64,000 nt of DNA from Promethearchaeota archaeon (GCA_019058445.1 JAHPZA010000010.1:608001-672000), one strand, 5' to 3'; counted from the stretch's first letter, positions 1 through 11,754 are shown. The notes: generated by a model not told the origin, from the letters alone. Made by a program: numbers and translations.

Positions 1-150
1 ATAAGAATTCAATAATTATTTTACCCAATATCAATTTTTTTCCAATTTTTACCGTACTTAGAGATAATGGATAAAAAAATTTAGATTTAAAAATTAAATG
101 TTCACTCTATTTCTATATCCATTTTTTCGCATCACGCGGGAAACAATCGA

Positions 151-696
151 CTAAGCATGAGTCAGAAGTGAAGATTTTTCTAAAATTTCTACAGCCAATT
201 CATTAAAAGCTTTTTCTACATTAACACTTGTTTTAGCAGAAGTTATAATCAATTCCATATTATTTTTTTCTGCAAATTCTTTCGCTTCTTGTTCGTCTAT
301 TTTTATCTCGTTTTTTAAATCTACTTTATTTCCAACCAAATATAATGGTTCTTCTCCCCGAATTTCTTTGAAACTTTGTATCCATTCATCGAGTTTCTCA
401 AAAGACTCTCTGTTTGTGAGGTCAAAAACGACTAAAGCACCCCTACTTCCCTCAAGATATAATTTTCGAAGTGTTTTGAATTCTTCTTGACCTCCGAGAT
501 CCCAGATCTGCAGGCCTATTAACCCATGATTTTTCAATTCAAAATTCTTTGTTAAAATATTTACTCCCAAAGTTATCTTATAATCTCCACTGAATTTATC
601 CTCAATGAACCTATAAATTAATGAAGTTTTCCCTACCCTCGGTTCTCCAAGAATGCAAATTTTAAATTTAAAGCTTGTTTCGGTCATAATTATCAA
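151..696 (-). CDS. Rab-like small GTPase
   Basis: G1 GEPRVGKT, G3 WDLGGQE, G4 NKVD and G5 SAK motifs all present; 181 aa. Confidence 0.93.
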   Translation of the reverse strand: MIIMTETSFKFKICILGEPRVGKTSLIYRFIEDKFSGDYKITLGVNILTKNFELKNHGLIGLQIWDLGGQEEFKTLRKLYLEGSRGALVVFDLTNRESFEKLDEWIQSFKEIRGEEPLYLVGNKVDLKNEIKIDEQEAKEFAEKNNMELIITSAKTSVNVEKAFNELAVEILEKSSLLTHA

Positions 697-1001
697 ATTG
701 ATTTGTATTTTTAAAATTTGAATATCTCACTATTAATGGATTATTTCTATTAATAAATTTATTGTTTTTCTCAATACAAATAAAAATTCTTCAATACATT
801 TTACAATTTATAGGATGATTCAAATTTGTCATAATTGTCAAGAATAATATGTTCTAATATTGGTCTATAATTAACTATAATTTTTGTACATTTCTGTTAA
901 TTAGTTAGCCCAAATTTTCGCTTATGAAGAACTAATTAAGAATATTTAAAAAAGATCGAATATGAATAATAGTTATCGTTTTTACATTCACGGCGAATAA
1001 A

Positions 1002-3851
1002 ATGAAATCTAATTTAAAAATAAAAATTACGATCCTTTTAGGATTTTTACTCTTATTATCGAGCAATATTGTGAATTATAATGCACAATTAAATAACAGA
1101 AATGTTAGCGAAACCAATAATAATGATTATACAAAAACTCCAAATTCAGCAGGATATTGGGAACTTTCTTACATTCACGTCGATGATAATTGGACTGCTG
1201 CTGCCGGTGAGGAATGGTGTACCTTTGAAAATGGGGTTTATCTTATTGAAAATATTACTCTACAAGGATCAGGAATGGGGATAAGTGTTTTAATTGAGAA
1301 TACAGATGAGTCTTTTATAATTAGGAATTGTAGTATTAAACAATATTCAATCGGAATTCAACTTGAAAATGCAAGTAACGGTTTAATAACAAACTGTAAC
1401 ATTTCTAATATAGATAATGTTGCGATTTTATTGTCAGATTCCGATAATAACACTATTTCTTACAATTTAATTGATGATGTAAATGGTGTAGATGGTATTG
1501 ATGGTGGAGCAGGAGCTAATGGATCTGAAGGTACAGATATATTTGGATTGTTTATTACGAATTGTAGTAAAATAAAGATTGAAAAGAATAATTTTACAAA
1601 TATAATTGGCGGAAATGGAGGTATGGGTGGTTCAGGTATAAGTGGAAATCCCGGTCAAGCAGGTGGAAAAGGGGGTGATGGCGGAAATGCATACGGTATT
1701 TATATTAGAGAAGCAAATGGAATTAATTTAACTTCCAATAAAGTGTCATATATCCAAGGTGGAAGTGGAGGAATTGGTGGATTAGGAGGAAGTGGCCTAA
1801 CAGGGTCAGATGGAAGTGATGGTGGTCTTGGTGAAAATGGTGAAAATGGTGGAGATGGTGGCAATGGGGGTAATGGAGGAGATAGTGGAAATGGAGGTTG
1901 GGCAATAGGTATTTATTATGAAAATGGATCGAATTTGTTTAATGAAAAAAATCAGATCCATTACATTAAAAGTGGAGGAACTGGAGCAGGAGGAAATGGA
2001 GGCATAGGAGGAGATGGTGGTCTTGGTGGGGATGGTGGTGATAGTAATCCCCCAACATCATACAGCGGAATTGGAGGTAGTGGAGGTAACGGAGGAGACG
2101 GTGGAATTGGAGGAGCTGCTGGGGAAGGGGGAAAGTCAATCGGTATCTTCTACAATGATTCATTAATAATTTTGAATGTCGAAAATAATATTTCCAATAT
2201 CGAAGGGGGAAATGGAGGAAATGGAGGACTTGGTGGTAATGGAGGTGATGGAGGACTTGGTGGTAATGGAGGAAATGGTGCGGATTTAACTTTTATGGAA
2301 GGAGGAGATGGTGGAATTGGAGGTTCCGGTGGAGAAGGTGGTAAAGGAGGAAATGGAGGAATAGGAGGTGCAGCATTCGGGATGTATTATAGAAATGTTT
2401 CAGATATAACAAATCAAAAAAATAATATTTCAGCTATAATAAGTGGTCACGGAGGAACTGGAGGAAGTGGAGGAAGTGGAATGTATGGGGGTGATGGCGG
2501 ATTAGGGGGAAATGGAGGAGACAACATTATGACAAATGCGGGAGATGGTGGTGATGGAGGAAATGGAGGAATAGGAGGAAATAGTGGTTTTGGTGGAAAT
2601 GGTGCTGAAGGGGGTTTAGTATCAGGATTATTTTTTGAAAATGCTTCATTTATAGTTAATCAAGAAAATAAGATTACTGAAATATATTGTGGTAACGGTG
2701 GAGCGGGTGGCCAAGGTAGTTTGGCATTTGATGGTGGTGATGGAGGAAATGGAGGTGACGGAGGAACCTCAACCTATGCTATGGATGGTTATGATGGGAA
2801 TGGCGGAAATGGGGGAAATGGAGGAAATGGTGGGAATGGAGGAAATGGAGTTAATGGAAATAATGCTTATGGTATTTATCTTTTTAATATTTCAGATATT
2901 TCAAATATTCAAAATAATATTTCAATAATTCAAGGAGGCCAAGCTGGGAATGGCGGAAATGGGGGAAATGGAGGAGATGGCGGAAATGGGGGAAATGGAT
3001 TTACTCAAGGAGATGATGGGAACGGGGGAAATGGAGGAGATGGAGGAGATGGAGAAAACGGGGGAGAAGCCATTGGTATGTTTTTCAAAGAGATATTTTA
3101 TGGATCAAACCAGATAAATCAAATATCAAGGATTTTTGAAGGGAATTCTGGGAGTGGGGGATTGCAAGGTAACCCAGGATCAGGAGAGTCCCAAGGAACT
3201 GCGGGAACCAATGGCATAGCAGGTATAGATGGGATATCTTATGGATTCTTTTTTATCAATTCGCAGTCTATTATCTCCATAATAAATGAAGTATTTTGTG
3301 ATAGCAATTATGATGACGGAATGAAAAATCTATGGGATAATGGAACTATTGGAAACTATTGGAGCTCATATGTAGGAATTGATATGGCCCCGAAAGATGG
3401 AATTGGAGACTCAAATTACATACTATTAGGAGCCTTTGCAAATGATACAAAACCACTCCTGTTTACCTTATTCGATGATGAAGATGGGGATGGATTAGTT
3501 AATTATGAAGAATATATATTAGGTTTAGATGGTTATGCTACCAATGTAACCAATTCTGACTCAGATTACGATGAACTTTCAGATTATTGGGAGTGGCAGA
3601 ACTCCACAAATCCCTGGAACGAAGACACTGATGGAGATGGATACTCTGATAAATGGGAGCTCGATAATGGTCATGATCCATTAGACCCAAACGATCCTCC
3701 AAAGATTATTTCCTCAGGTGGAGGAGGTGGTGGAGGAGGGAGCAGCAGTAATGATAGTAGCGAAACTACAATCCCCGGATATGATATTTTCATTTTGCTT
3801 GGGATGATCAGCGTAATTATAGTTATAATCATTAAAAAGCGATTTAAATAA
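1002..3851 (+). CDS. Cell-surface glycine-rich protein with parallel beta-helix (NosD/CASH-like) repeats, Ca-binding DxDxDG repeats and a C-terminal IPGY-TM-basic sorting signal
   Basis: N-terminal signal peptide; GIxxxNxSNxxxxxNxI rungs alternating with GGxGGxGG tracts; DEDGDG, DSDYD and DTDGDG motifs; ends [27 protein letters not shown] (PGF-CTERM/Loki-CTERM-like). Confidence 0.8.
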   Translation: MKSNLKIKITILLGFLLLLSSNIVNYNAQLNNRNVSETNNNDYTKTPNSAGYWELSYIHVDDNWTAAAGEEWCTFENGVYLIENITLQGSGMGISVLIENTDESFIIRNCSIKQYSIGIQLENASNGLITNCNISNIDNVAILLSDSDNNTISYNLIDDVNGVDGIDGGAGANGSEGTDIFGLFITNCSKIKIEKNNFTNIIGGNGGMGGSGISGNPGQAGGKGGDGGNAYGIYIREANGINLTSNKVSYIQGGSGGIGGLGGSGLTGSDGSDGGLGENGENGGDGGNGGNGGDSGNGGWAIGIYYENGSNLFNEKNQIHYIKSGGTGAGGNGGIGGDGGLGGDGGDSNPPTSYSGIGGSGGNGGDGGIGGAAGEGGKSIGIFYNDSLIILNVENNISNIEGGNGGNGGLGGNGGDGGLGGNGGNGADLTFMEGGDGGIGGSGGEGGKGGNGGIGGAAFGMYYRNVSDITNQKNNISAIISGHGGTGGSGGSGMYGGDGGLGGNGGDNIMTNAGDGGDGGNGGIGGNSGFGGNGAEGGLVSGLFFENASFIVNQENKITEIYCGNGGAGGQGSLAFDGGDGGNGGDGGTSTYAMDGYDGNGGNGGNGGNGGNGGNGVNGNNAYGIYLFNISDISNIQNNISIIQGGQAGNGGNGGNGGDGGNGGNGFTQGDDGNGGNGGDGGDGENGGEAIGMFFKEIFYGSNQINQISRIFEGNSGSGGLQGNPGSGESQGTAGTNGIAGIDGISYGFFFINSQSIISIINEVFCDSNYDDGMKNLWDNGTIGNYWSSYVGIDMAPKDGIGDSNYILLGAFANDTKPLLFTLFDDEDGDGLVNYEEYILGLDGYATNVTNSDSDYDELSDYWEWQNSTNPWNEDTDGDGYSDKWELDNGHDPLDPNDPPKIISSGGGGGGGGSSSNDSSETTIPGYDIFILLGMISVIIVIIIKKRFK

Positions 3852-4124
3852 CGATTATATATCTTTATCTATTTTTTTCTAAACTTTTTTTTACTAATCT
3901 AAATATATAGAAAAAAATTTTAAACAAATCTAAATGAATTAAATTAATTTTCCTTTAGATTTAGTTAAATCAATTGAATCAAAATGATCTCCAATGTCCT
4001 TAATTTTTTCTGAAAATTTATCGCGTAAATTATCATTTCTAATAAAAAAAATCCAAATATTTAAAAATCATTTAGACTAATTTGTAACATTCCAATTGAT
4101 CAATTAAGAAATTATTAATTAACC

Positions 4125-4770
4125 GTGGAGAAATCTATGGGAATTACTTATGGTTATACCATCCCATCAATTTTCGGTATAATATATATCACATTATCAA
4201 TTTTATTAGGTATACTTCTATTTCTAGCTGGAAGGAGACTAAGTGAAGAAGAAAAAGTATTTAATAATTCATATTTATTCAAGTTAGCTGGTATATTAAT
4301 TATTATAGATACAATTATATTTTTAGCGATTCCCGATATTATAGATTATTCTGAATCCGATTTCCAAGCTGTTTTGTTCTATTATACAACTTTAATGATT
4401 ATAAGTATAATTGTAGGAATAATTATTTTTGGAATCATCTTTATAAAGATTGGATTAGCTAATCCAGAACAGAATGGTAAAATATTATTTTATTCAGGTG
4501 TCTTCTGGCTTATTGGTTATGCAATTAATATTGTCTATTGGATACTCAATTGGACTTTATTTTCAGGTTCAAGAGAAACATATTTAAGATGGAGATATGT
4601 ATTTGTCCTACTTCAATTTAGTTTATTCTTTGTATATATCGTTGCATTTATCTTATTTTTTCCAATTTAGCTTTAAATCTAATGAATCTAACTTAAAAAT
4701 TGCGGCCCTTATCATATTAGCTCAAGAGATAGTTTTTATAATCGAGTCTATAACTTATTCTGTTGTTTAA
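4125..4770 (+). CDS. Multi-pass membrane protein, paralog of 4784..5428, with a +1 frameshift in the T-run at 4656-4661
   Basis: Shares AIPD(I/V)IDYS and IGLANPEQNGK with the next gene. The ORF stops at 4670, but removing one T gives FFQFSFKSNESNLKIA..., matching the paralog's FFQFSFASKELNLKTS, and ends at 4770. Confidence 0.7.
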
Positions 4771-4783
4771 ATAAACTTAAAAA

Positions 4784-5428
4784 TTGTGTATTAAATTTAT
4801 GACAATCACATTTGGATATCTCTTCCCATCAATTTTTAGTATTATTTATGCCATTTTAACATTTTTATTAGGTATTTTTCTATACTTAGCTGGAAAGAGC
4901 CTAAATGAGGAAGAAAAGTCATTTAATAATGCGAATTTATTTAAAGTGGCTGCTATGATATGTATTACGTGGGAAATCATCTATTTAGCGATTCCTGATG
5001 TCATAGATTATTCTAATTCGGATTATCTGGCAGTTGTTATATATCGTTATACTTTATTCATTATCGAGCTTCTCATACATATCATTACGATAGGATTGAT
5101 TTTCATTATAATTGGATTAGCTAATCCAGAACAAAATGGCAAAAAATTGTTTTATTCAGGTATATTTTGGATTATTAGTCATACGGCTTATATATTTTAC
5201 ACAATATTCTATTTGATTTTATATTCAACTCCAGAAAATTCATATTCAATGATATGGAGTATTACTATTTTATGTTCTCTTACATTTTTTTATACTTATA
5301 TTGTTGCATTTATTCTATTCTTTCAATTTAGCTTTGCATCAAAAGAATTAAATCTTAAGACCTCTACTCTTATTATTTTTGCTCAAATGATAAATTTTAT
5401 AATTAGGTTAACACAACATCTTATTTAA
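4784..5428 (+). CDS. Multi-pass membrane protein (tandem paralog)
   Basis: About 6 hydrophobic segments; clear tandem paralog of the upstream gene. The true start is probably the ATG at 4799. Confidence 0.75.
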   Translation: MCIKFMTITFGYLFPSIFSIIYAILTFLLGIFLYLAGKSLNEEEKSFNNANLFKVAAMICITWEIIYLAIPDVIDYSNSDYLAVVIYRYTLFIIELLIHIITIGLIFIIIGLANPEQNGKKLFYSGIFWIISHTAYIFYTIFYLILYSTPENSYSMIWSITILCSLTFFYTYIVAFILFFQFSFASKELNLKTSTLIIFAQMINFIIRLTQHLI

Positions 5429-5479
5429 GCTCTAAATTTTAATAAAAATAGTTAATCAAAAAAAAAAGAAAAAAAAGAT

Positions 5480-5737
5480 TTAGCCTATTTCTACATCCAT
5501 TTTCTTACGCTCTTCAAGGAGATCGTCAACTACAGATGGATCGGCTAAGGTTGTGACATTTCCAATATCAGTACCAGATGCGATAGCTTTTAAAATTCGA
5601 CGCATAATTTTACCACTTCTGGTTTTTGGAAGGGCATCTGCAAATTGAACGACATCTGGTTGAAAGACTGGTCCGATCTCTTGTCGAAAATGCATTTTAA
5701 TGTCGTGTTTCAAATCTACAAATTTTTCAATTCTCAT
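5480..5737 (-). pseudogene. acs: Orphan 3' fragment of acetyl-CoA synthetase (C-terminal part with [12 protein letters not shown])
   Basis: The last 66 aa are identical to the C-terminus of the acs gene ending at 13051; the rest of the gene is absent. Confidence 0.85.
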
Positions 5738-5831
5738 AAATATTATTATAACTCTGTTTATTTTGTTTTAATCCATAATTTTTTATAACCCTAACTCAAT
5801 ATATTTAAATTAAAGATTATTAAGCAAAACT

Positions 5832-6422
5832 ATGCCAAAATGGGAAAAAGATAATATTAGAGGGAAAGAAATCTATAGGAACAAGCCAGTTAAACCTGAA
5901 TATTGCTTAGTTTATTTATTACTGGTTATATCGTTAATATTTATCCCCTTTATGATTGTTGCCACATATGAGCATTACTTTTCTCTTGAATTGTTTACTA
6001 TTCTTGTTATTATCTCTATTATTCTCCTTTTATTTATTATTCGGATGTTTTTTTCCTATATAACATTCTATGATAAAGGTGTGCTTCTGAGATCAAGAAT
6101 CCCAATTCTTAACTTCTTTCCTAAATTTTATCCGTGGGAGGAAATTGTTGGATGCAAAATTATAAACTTTATTGTAAAAGGAGGTATGGGCGCGGGTAAA
6201 CATAAAATGCTTACAATATATTTTTCGAATCAACACACTTATGAAATGGATGTTACACAATGTCCTGATTTTGAGAAAATATATGAATTAATTCAAAATT
6301 ATAAAAAAGGAAAGGGTGAAATTCCCCAAGAAATCATATTCTGTCCGAGATGTGGGGCAGGAAATTACTATTTTAAGGATAATATCTGCATTATGTGTGG
6401 AACTAAAGTACTTGATTCTTAA
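5832..6422 (+). CDS. Membrane protein: 2 TM segments, PH-like soluble domain, C-terminal zinc ribbon
   Basis: Two TM segments; FYDKGVLLRS...YPWEEI pattern; CPRC...CIMC at the C-terminus; related to 11927..12409. Confidence 0.6.
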   Translation: MPKWEKDNIRGKEIYRNKPVKPEYCLVYLLLVISLIFIPFMIVATYEHYFSLELFTILVIISIILLLFIIRMFFSYITFYDKGVLLRSRIPILNFFPKFYPWEEIVGCKIINFIVKGGMGAGKHKMLTIYFSNQHTYEMDVTQCPDFEKIYELIQNYKKGKGEIPQEIIFCPRCGAGNYYFKDNICIMCGTKVLDS

Positions 6423-7366
6423 TTATTTTTATTTAAATTAGGAAAATACCATTTCTCACCTTTTAAATAGGAACCCACTTTTTTAGCCAAATTTTTATTT
6501 TCTAAAAATTTCAAGGTTCTTTCTATTCTATAATGATCCCATGACTTTTCAGATATAATATCATCATAGGTAATATAATCTTTTTTTGCAGCTATTTCTA
6601 AAATTGCTTTAATATCTGAGGAAAGTTCACTTGGTATAAATTCAACAATAATAATATTGCCCTCGTCAAGATTCTTAATACCCTCAATTAATTTATTTTT
6701 TTCTAATTTTTTTAAGGAGTCAACTATGTCAGTTGGTTTTCCGTCGAAAGATGGATAATTAGATTTAATATATGAATACAATTCTAAAATTGAAATAACT
6801 CCACCAGTATTAATAATTAATGTATTTCCAATTTCTAATAAAAAAGATTGTAAAACTTCATCATAATTAGCGTCATCTGTTTTTGGAACTTTAGGAATAT
6901 GCCTTTTTTTAATTTGAATTTCTTTTAATTCCTCTTCTTTTAATTTCTTAACTTTTTCTTCAAAAATTTCACTTGTGACATCAATCATTTCTGAATTTAA
7001 CATCTTATCATTCATTTTTTCTGCTTTCTCTAAAAATTTCTGAGCCTTTTTACTACCTAAGATACTGGCTCGATGAAAACTAAAATATGCTCTTCCATCA
7101 TCATTTAATTGGAAATAATTAGCTGCTAAATTCAACCAAGCTTTCTTATCATGCTGATTTATTTTTATCGCTTCTTTACAACATTCTATTGAATCTTGAT
7201 ATGATTTTAATTGAAAATATTCTGCAGCCAAATTGCTCCATGCTTTGTAATGATATGGATTTTTAGCGACACATTTCTCATAACAATTTATAGCATTTCT
7301 CGAATTATTTAGACTGGAATGATATTTGCCTAATTCGAACCAATCTTCAGCATTTTCTTCTGTCAA
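6419..7366 (-). CDS. TPR repeats fused to an EAP30/Vps22-Vps36 (ESCRT-II)-like winged-helix domain
   Basis: N-terminal TPRs (AWSNLAAEYFQL, AWLNLAANYFQL); C-terminal GGVISILEL...PSELSSDIKAILEIA...W...R...L...WYFP pattern typical of EAP30. Confidence 0.72.
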   Translation of the reverse strand: MTEENAEDWFELGKYHSSLNNSRNAINCYEKCVAKNPYHYKAWSNLAAEYFQLKSYQDSIECCKEAIKINQHDKKAWLNLAANYFQLNDDGRAYFSFHRASILGSKKAQKFLEKAEKMNDKMLNSEMIDVTSEIFEEKVKKLKEEELKEIQIKKRHIPKVPKTDDANYDEVLQSFLLEIGNTLIINTGGVISILELYSYIKSNYPSFDGKPTDIVDSLKKLEKNKLIEGIKNLDEGNIIIVEFIPSELSSDIKAILEIAAKKDYITYDDIISEKSWDHYRIERTLKFLENKNLAKKVGSYLKGEKWYFPNLNKNN

Positions 7367-7377
7367 GGATTAAGTAC

Positions 7378-9444
7378 TTACCTCTTAAGTTGTTCTCCAC
7401 AGTAGGGACAAATTTTATAATCTTCTGAAAATGATTTCTTGCATAAGGGACAAGTTGGTTTCTTTATTTCTATATACTTTCTTTTAGGAGTTATAACAAT
7501 CGGCTGATTAGGAATAATTTTTAATCCTATTTTATTCTTTTTAAAAATATTTATAAATTTACCTAAGAATTTAGGAGTTCGGTACATGATTTCTTCTTCG
7601 GTCTTTTTATTATAAATGATGATAAATTTGTCAGTATTTTTATTTATTACAAACACTCTAATTTGACGATTTTCACCCATTTTGATTTTCTGTTGATTTA
7701 AAGGAATTTTATATTTTTTTCTCTTAATAGATAACTCTATTATTTCAGTAGTTTTTGGTAGAATAAATTCTGGTAGTTCTAATTTAGCTTTATTATTTCT
7801 TATAAAATTATAGAATTTTTCTCTCGAGGCTAATGAACATGTACTACAAATCTTTTTCTTTATAGATATATGATTTCTACAATATATTTCATGACAAGAT
7901 CTACATTCAAAAGTATCCTCAGAACAATAAGTATTCTCACAATATGTACAAATAACTGAATGTTCAACGCAAGTGTAACGATTACAAATTTTACATTCAA
8001 TTCCACAATTATTATTATTTCTACAAATTTCCTTTCCACACGTTAGGCAATATGCTCCACATTCAGGACATAAATTTTTACCGCATTCTTCGCAAATTAA
8101 CAAGTGAATCTTGCAAATCCACTTATTTATTCTTCCAAGTTTTTTACAATTCTCACATTCATAAGAATGCTCAGCACACATAGGTAATCCACACGCAGAA
8201 CAGAAATTCATATTACAAGAATCACATATTTCATTATTACATTCATAGCATTGATAGGAGCATTTTAATCTTGAAAGATGAAGATTTTGACAAACTTTTC
8301 CTTGTAATATTGGTTTTCCACAAGAACACTTAATAGGGATAAGCCGATTATTGAATATATCATATTCGAATTTTTTTTCTAAAATCCCATAATCAGAAGT
8401 TATTTTACAATTAAAATAAAAAATAGCTGGAACATATATCATTGATGCTCCAATTAAATCATATATTGAATTGATTTGATAAATGTTTTTATACTCATTA
8501 ATTTTGAAATCTCTTTCCTTTTTAATCATTTCAAACTCTGTTTTCAATTCAATTAATGTTTCCTTTTTATTCCTTTCATTAGCAGATATAATTCTTGCTT
8601 GAATGTCCTCGATTCTTTGTTTGTAATAATTTTCAACGATATCGAGTTCCTTTCTTAATACTTCGTTCAATCTCCCCATTACTATAGTTTTTTGCTTTCT
8701 AGTAGATAATTCAATATCCGATATTGTTTTATGGATTAAATTAGCAAAGGTCTTTTCATTTACTTCCAATATTTCACCTTTAATTGGCATTTTGTTTGTT
8801 AAATCTGGATTAAGCTTATCAAAATATTTTATTAGTTGATTTTTATAATGATTAACATCAAAATTTATATTTTCTCTGTCAGGATCTATAAGAGGAATAA
8901 TAGGTTTTTCTATAAAAGCAATAGATTCTATGGATTTGATTTGAACTTTTAGTAAGAAAATTAAAAAAGGAATATATTTAATATAATAACCTAAAGATTC
9001 AATTTCTCCATTGATTACATATTTCTTACTTGAGATTTTAAAGAATTCAAAGAAATTATTAAACATTTCATCAAATGAGTGTATAGGATCAAATTCGAAA
9101 GGAATAAAAGCTTTAGCAATTCGTCCCTTTTTAGATATTTCATTTATGAAATATTCTAGTTTTTTATTATTATAAGTTATTAATTCTGCTTCAGGATATC
9201 TTAGAGATGATTTGTGATCAAAAACATATTTGAATTCAGGATATAATGAATTCGGTTTATAAATTTCTAACAATCCTTCCGTTTCTCTTACTATAAATCC
9301 TAAATAATTATAATATCTTTTGACTAGATCACTTAAATTATTTTTTTTATACCCCAACATTTCAGAAAATTGATCTAGGTTCTTTTCTATATTTAACTCC
9401 TTAGAGTTTTTATTATAGTTGATATAATCCTTATTTCTCTTCAT
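7378..9444 (-). CDS. YqhG-like partner of the SNF2 helicase, with coiled coil and a long multi-Cys/His zinc-finger array
   Basis: Directly downstream of the SNF2 gene; central coiled coil; repeated CxxCxxxxCxxH units; terminal CPLC...CPYC ribbon. Confidence 0.6.
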   Translation of the reverse strand: MKRNKDYINYNKNSKELNIEKNLDQFSEMLGYKKNNLSDLVKRYYNYLGFIVRETEGLLEIYKPNSLYPEFKYVFDHKSSLRYPEAELITYNNKKLEYFINEISKKGRIAKAFIPFEFDPIHSFDEMFNNFFEFFKISSKKYVINGEIESLGYYIKYIPFLIFLLKVQIKSIESIAFIEKPIIPLIDPDRENINFDVNHYKNQLIKYFDKLNPDLTNKMPIKGEILEVNEKTFANLIHKTISDIELSTRKQKTIVMGRLNEVLRKELDIVENYYKQRIEDIQARIISANERNKKETLIELKTEFEMIKKERDFKINEYKNIYQINSIYDLIGASMIYVPAIFYFNCKITSDYGILEKKFEYDIFNNRLIPIKCSCGKPILQGKVCQNLHLSRLKCSYQCYECNNEICDSCNMNFCSACGLPMCAEHSYECENCKKLGRINKWICKIHLLICEECGKNLCPECGAYCLTCGKEICRNNNNCGIECKICNRYTCVEHSVICTYCENTYCSEDTFECRSCHEIYCRNHISIKKKICSTCSLASREKFYNFIRNNKAKLELPEFILPKTTEIIELSIKRKKYKIPLNQQKIKMGENRQIRVFVINKNTDKFIIIYNKKTEEEIMYRTPKFLGKFINIFKKNKIGLKIIPNQPIVITPKRKYIEIKKPTCPLCKKSFSEDYKICPYCGEQLKR

Positions 9445-9458
9445 TATTAAAACTTTAT

Positions 9459-11291
9459 TTAATATTTTTCTATTAAAGATTCAACATCTAGTACTTTTTC
9501 TGATATTTCTCCTTGCAATTCAATTTTATCTACAACAGGGTTGATTAATTTTTCGAGTTCGTTCCTTAATTTCTCGGAATGTCCATATTTAACAAAATAT
9601 TTCATTATCTCTCCTTCCAACTTTGTACTTCTTCCATCAGCGTTAGATTTTATTAGACTTCCTAAAATATGATTTAAATCCCCAAGAATTGTACGAAACA
9701 CGCCAATTTTTTTATAAAGAAGATCTAATACGTATTGTTCTATAGTATTCTTTGTTGTTAGATTAAATATATAGACTTTCTTTGATTTTTGAGTTAATCG
9801 ATAAACCCTTCCAATACGTTGTTCTATTCTCATGGGATTCCATGGCAAATCAAAATTTATGATTGTATTTGCAACTTGTAAGTTGATTCCCTCTGATCCG
9901 GCATCAGTACTCAGCATGATATCTTTTTCATCCCAGAATTTCTTCATTACTTCTGCTCTTTTTGTAGATGAGAGTTCGCCGCTGAATTTAATGAACGAAT
10001 AATCCTCTGATTTTAAATGATCTGAAATATAATCTAATGAATCTCTAAATTCTGTGAAAATAACACATTTATGAGGAATTTGATCTAAAATCTTTTTAAG
10101 ATTTATTAATTTGGAACTTTCTCGTTTATTGAGAATAACAGCCAAGTTATGAAATGCTTCTAAGATTTGAATACTTGCGGTATCAAATTTATTTGTTTTT
10201 CTTGAACTAATCATTTTTAAGATTGTGTTATCAGCCGCCACGGTACTTGAACAAATTCTTCGCTGCAATAACATGAGTGTGAATTTATGCAACCATAATT
10301 TTCTATTGAAATATCGCTTTGAAGGTATACTATATTTGTTGATGAGCTTACTTTTAGCTTCTTTATATTCAATATTATTCTTATCAGTTCCTTTTTCCAA
10401 CTCATCATAGGAAGTACAAATATAATCACAAACAGTATTATAAAATTTCCATTCTGCCTCATCCATCTCAAATTGAATAGTATTTGCAACTCGTTCAGGA
10501 AAGAAAATCCCCTTAATTTCATCTCTTTTCCTTCTTATCATAATCTGATTTAATTCCCTACGTAATTGTAAAGGATTATTACATGCTCTTTTATCATTTG
10601 GAACAGCATATTCTTTTTTGAATTGTTTATAACTTCCAAAAATAGGTTTCATTAAAGTTACCAGACTAAAAATATCTTTTAGATAATTCTCCATTGGTGT
10701 TGCTGTTAATAGAAGCATATATTTCTTTCTTAATTGATTTAAAAATTTCCACCCTTTTGATTTCCGATTCTTTACTCTATGCGCCTCATCAATAATAACC
10801 ATATCCCAAGGTTTAGATAAGATCTTATCTGAATAACGGGTTGCTAAATTAATAGTTGTTATATATTGACTTTGATTAAAATTTCCTCTTCCGGTAGCAA
10901 TGACAGGTATTTCTAAATTAAATTTTTCAATAAGTTCATTATGCCACTGATTAATTAAAGAAGAGGGAGTTACAATAATGAATGAATTAACTAAATTCCT
11001 TATTTTCAGCTCAGATAAAATTGTTAGTGCTATTATTGTTTTACCTAACCCAACTTCATCTGCCAATAACGCACTTCCTTGCATGTTTTGAAGTACTTGT
11101 AAAACTGCTTTCTCCTGATGAGGAAAAAGGGAAAAATTAAAATCTTCTGTTGAAAGCAAAAATTGAAATCCACTAATAAGTGAAACCCTCTGAGCAAGTT
11201 CCAATAGAAAAAACCATTCAGAATTCCCAAATTTTGAATTTTGAACATTTTTAAAAAGTTCTAAAACTTGTTTTTCTAATTCTTCAGGCAT
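9459..11291 (-). CDS. SNF2-family helicase (YqhH-like)
   Basis: LLADEVGLGKT, DEAH, LTATP, STDAGSEGINLQ and DLPWNPMRIEQRIGR motifs. Confidence 0.92.
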   Translation of the reverse strand: MPEELEKQVLELFKNVQNSKFGNSEWFFLLELAQRVSLISGFQFLLSTEDFNFSLFPHQEKAVLQVLQNMQGSALLADEVGLGKTIIALTILSELKIRNLVNSFIIVTPSSLINQWHNELIEKFNLEIPVIATGRGNFNQSQYITTINLATRYSDKILSKPWDMVIIDEAHRVKNRKSKGWKFLNQLRKKYMLLLTATPMENYLKDIFSLVTLMKPIFGSYKQFKKEYAVPNDKRACNNPLQLRRELNQIMIRRKRDEIKGIFFPERVANTIQFEMDEAEWKFYNTVCDYICTSYDELEKGTDKNNIEYKEAKSKLINKYSIPSKRYFNRKLWLHKFTLMLLQRRICSSTVAADNTILKMISSRKTNKFDTASIQILEAFHNLAVILNKRESSKLINLKKILDQIPHKCVIFTEFRDSLDYISDHLKSEDYSFIKFSGELSSTKRAEVMKKFWDEKDIMLSTDAGSEGINLQVANTIINFDLPWNPMRIEQRIGRVYRLTQKSKKVYIFNLTTKNTIEQYVLDLLYKKIGVFRTILGDLNHILGSLIKSNADGRSTKLEGEIMKYFVKYGHSEKLRNELEKLINPVVDKIELQGEISEKVLDVESLIEKY

Positions 11292-11313
11292 CTATCTAAG
11301 ATCTCCGGTATTT

Positions 11314-11754
11314 TTATATATGATTTAATTGTTCATTCAGAAAAATAGCGTCAAATACCGAAATTACACTCACTAGTTGATCCCCATCACATACCGCAAG
11401 TGTAAGTAACCCATTATCTATGATCCGGTTTATAGCATCCCTAACCTCCTCATGAATACTACAACATATAGGAGGTTTCATAATATCTTTCGCTTTTAAA
11501 ACTTTCGCATCATTCCCCTTTATTATTACTTTATTTATTATATCCTCTTCATAAATGACTCCAATAGGCTTTCCATCTTCAATAACATAAGCTGCTAATA
11601 TTGGTATACAGATTAAATCCTCACTCTCGGTTTCACAAGATCTTTCTTTTCGAATATCTTTTAGGTTTTTTGCGATTTCAAATACTGAGTCATCTTTTTT
11701 CACTCTTATAAATTCATCTTCTATATCAATATTCTTTACATTTTTTATTAACAT
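11314..11754 (-). CDS. CBS-domain pair protein
   Basis: GKPIGVIYEEDII, KAKDIMKPP and LVSVISVFD are CBS patterns. Confidence 0.8.
   Translation of the reverse strand: MLIKNVKNIDIEDEFIRVKKDDSVFEIAKNLKDIRKERSCETESEDLICIPILAAYVIEDGKPIGVIYEEDIINKVIIKGNDAKVLKAKDIMKPPICCSIHEEVRDAINRIIDNGLLTLAVCDGDQLVSVISVFDAIFLNEQLNHI

Noticed and set aside
4656-4661. Programmed frameshift in the first membrane paralog
   Set aside because: A single extra T in a homopolymer with no stimulatory structure seen; a sequencing error or recent mutation is simpler.
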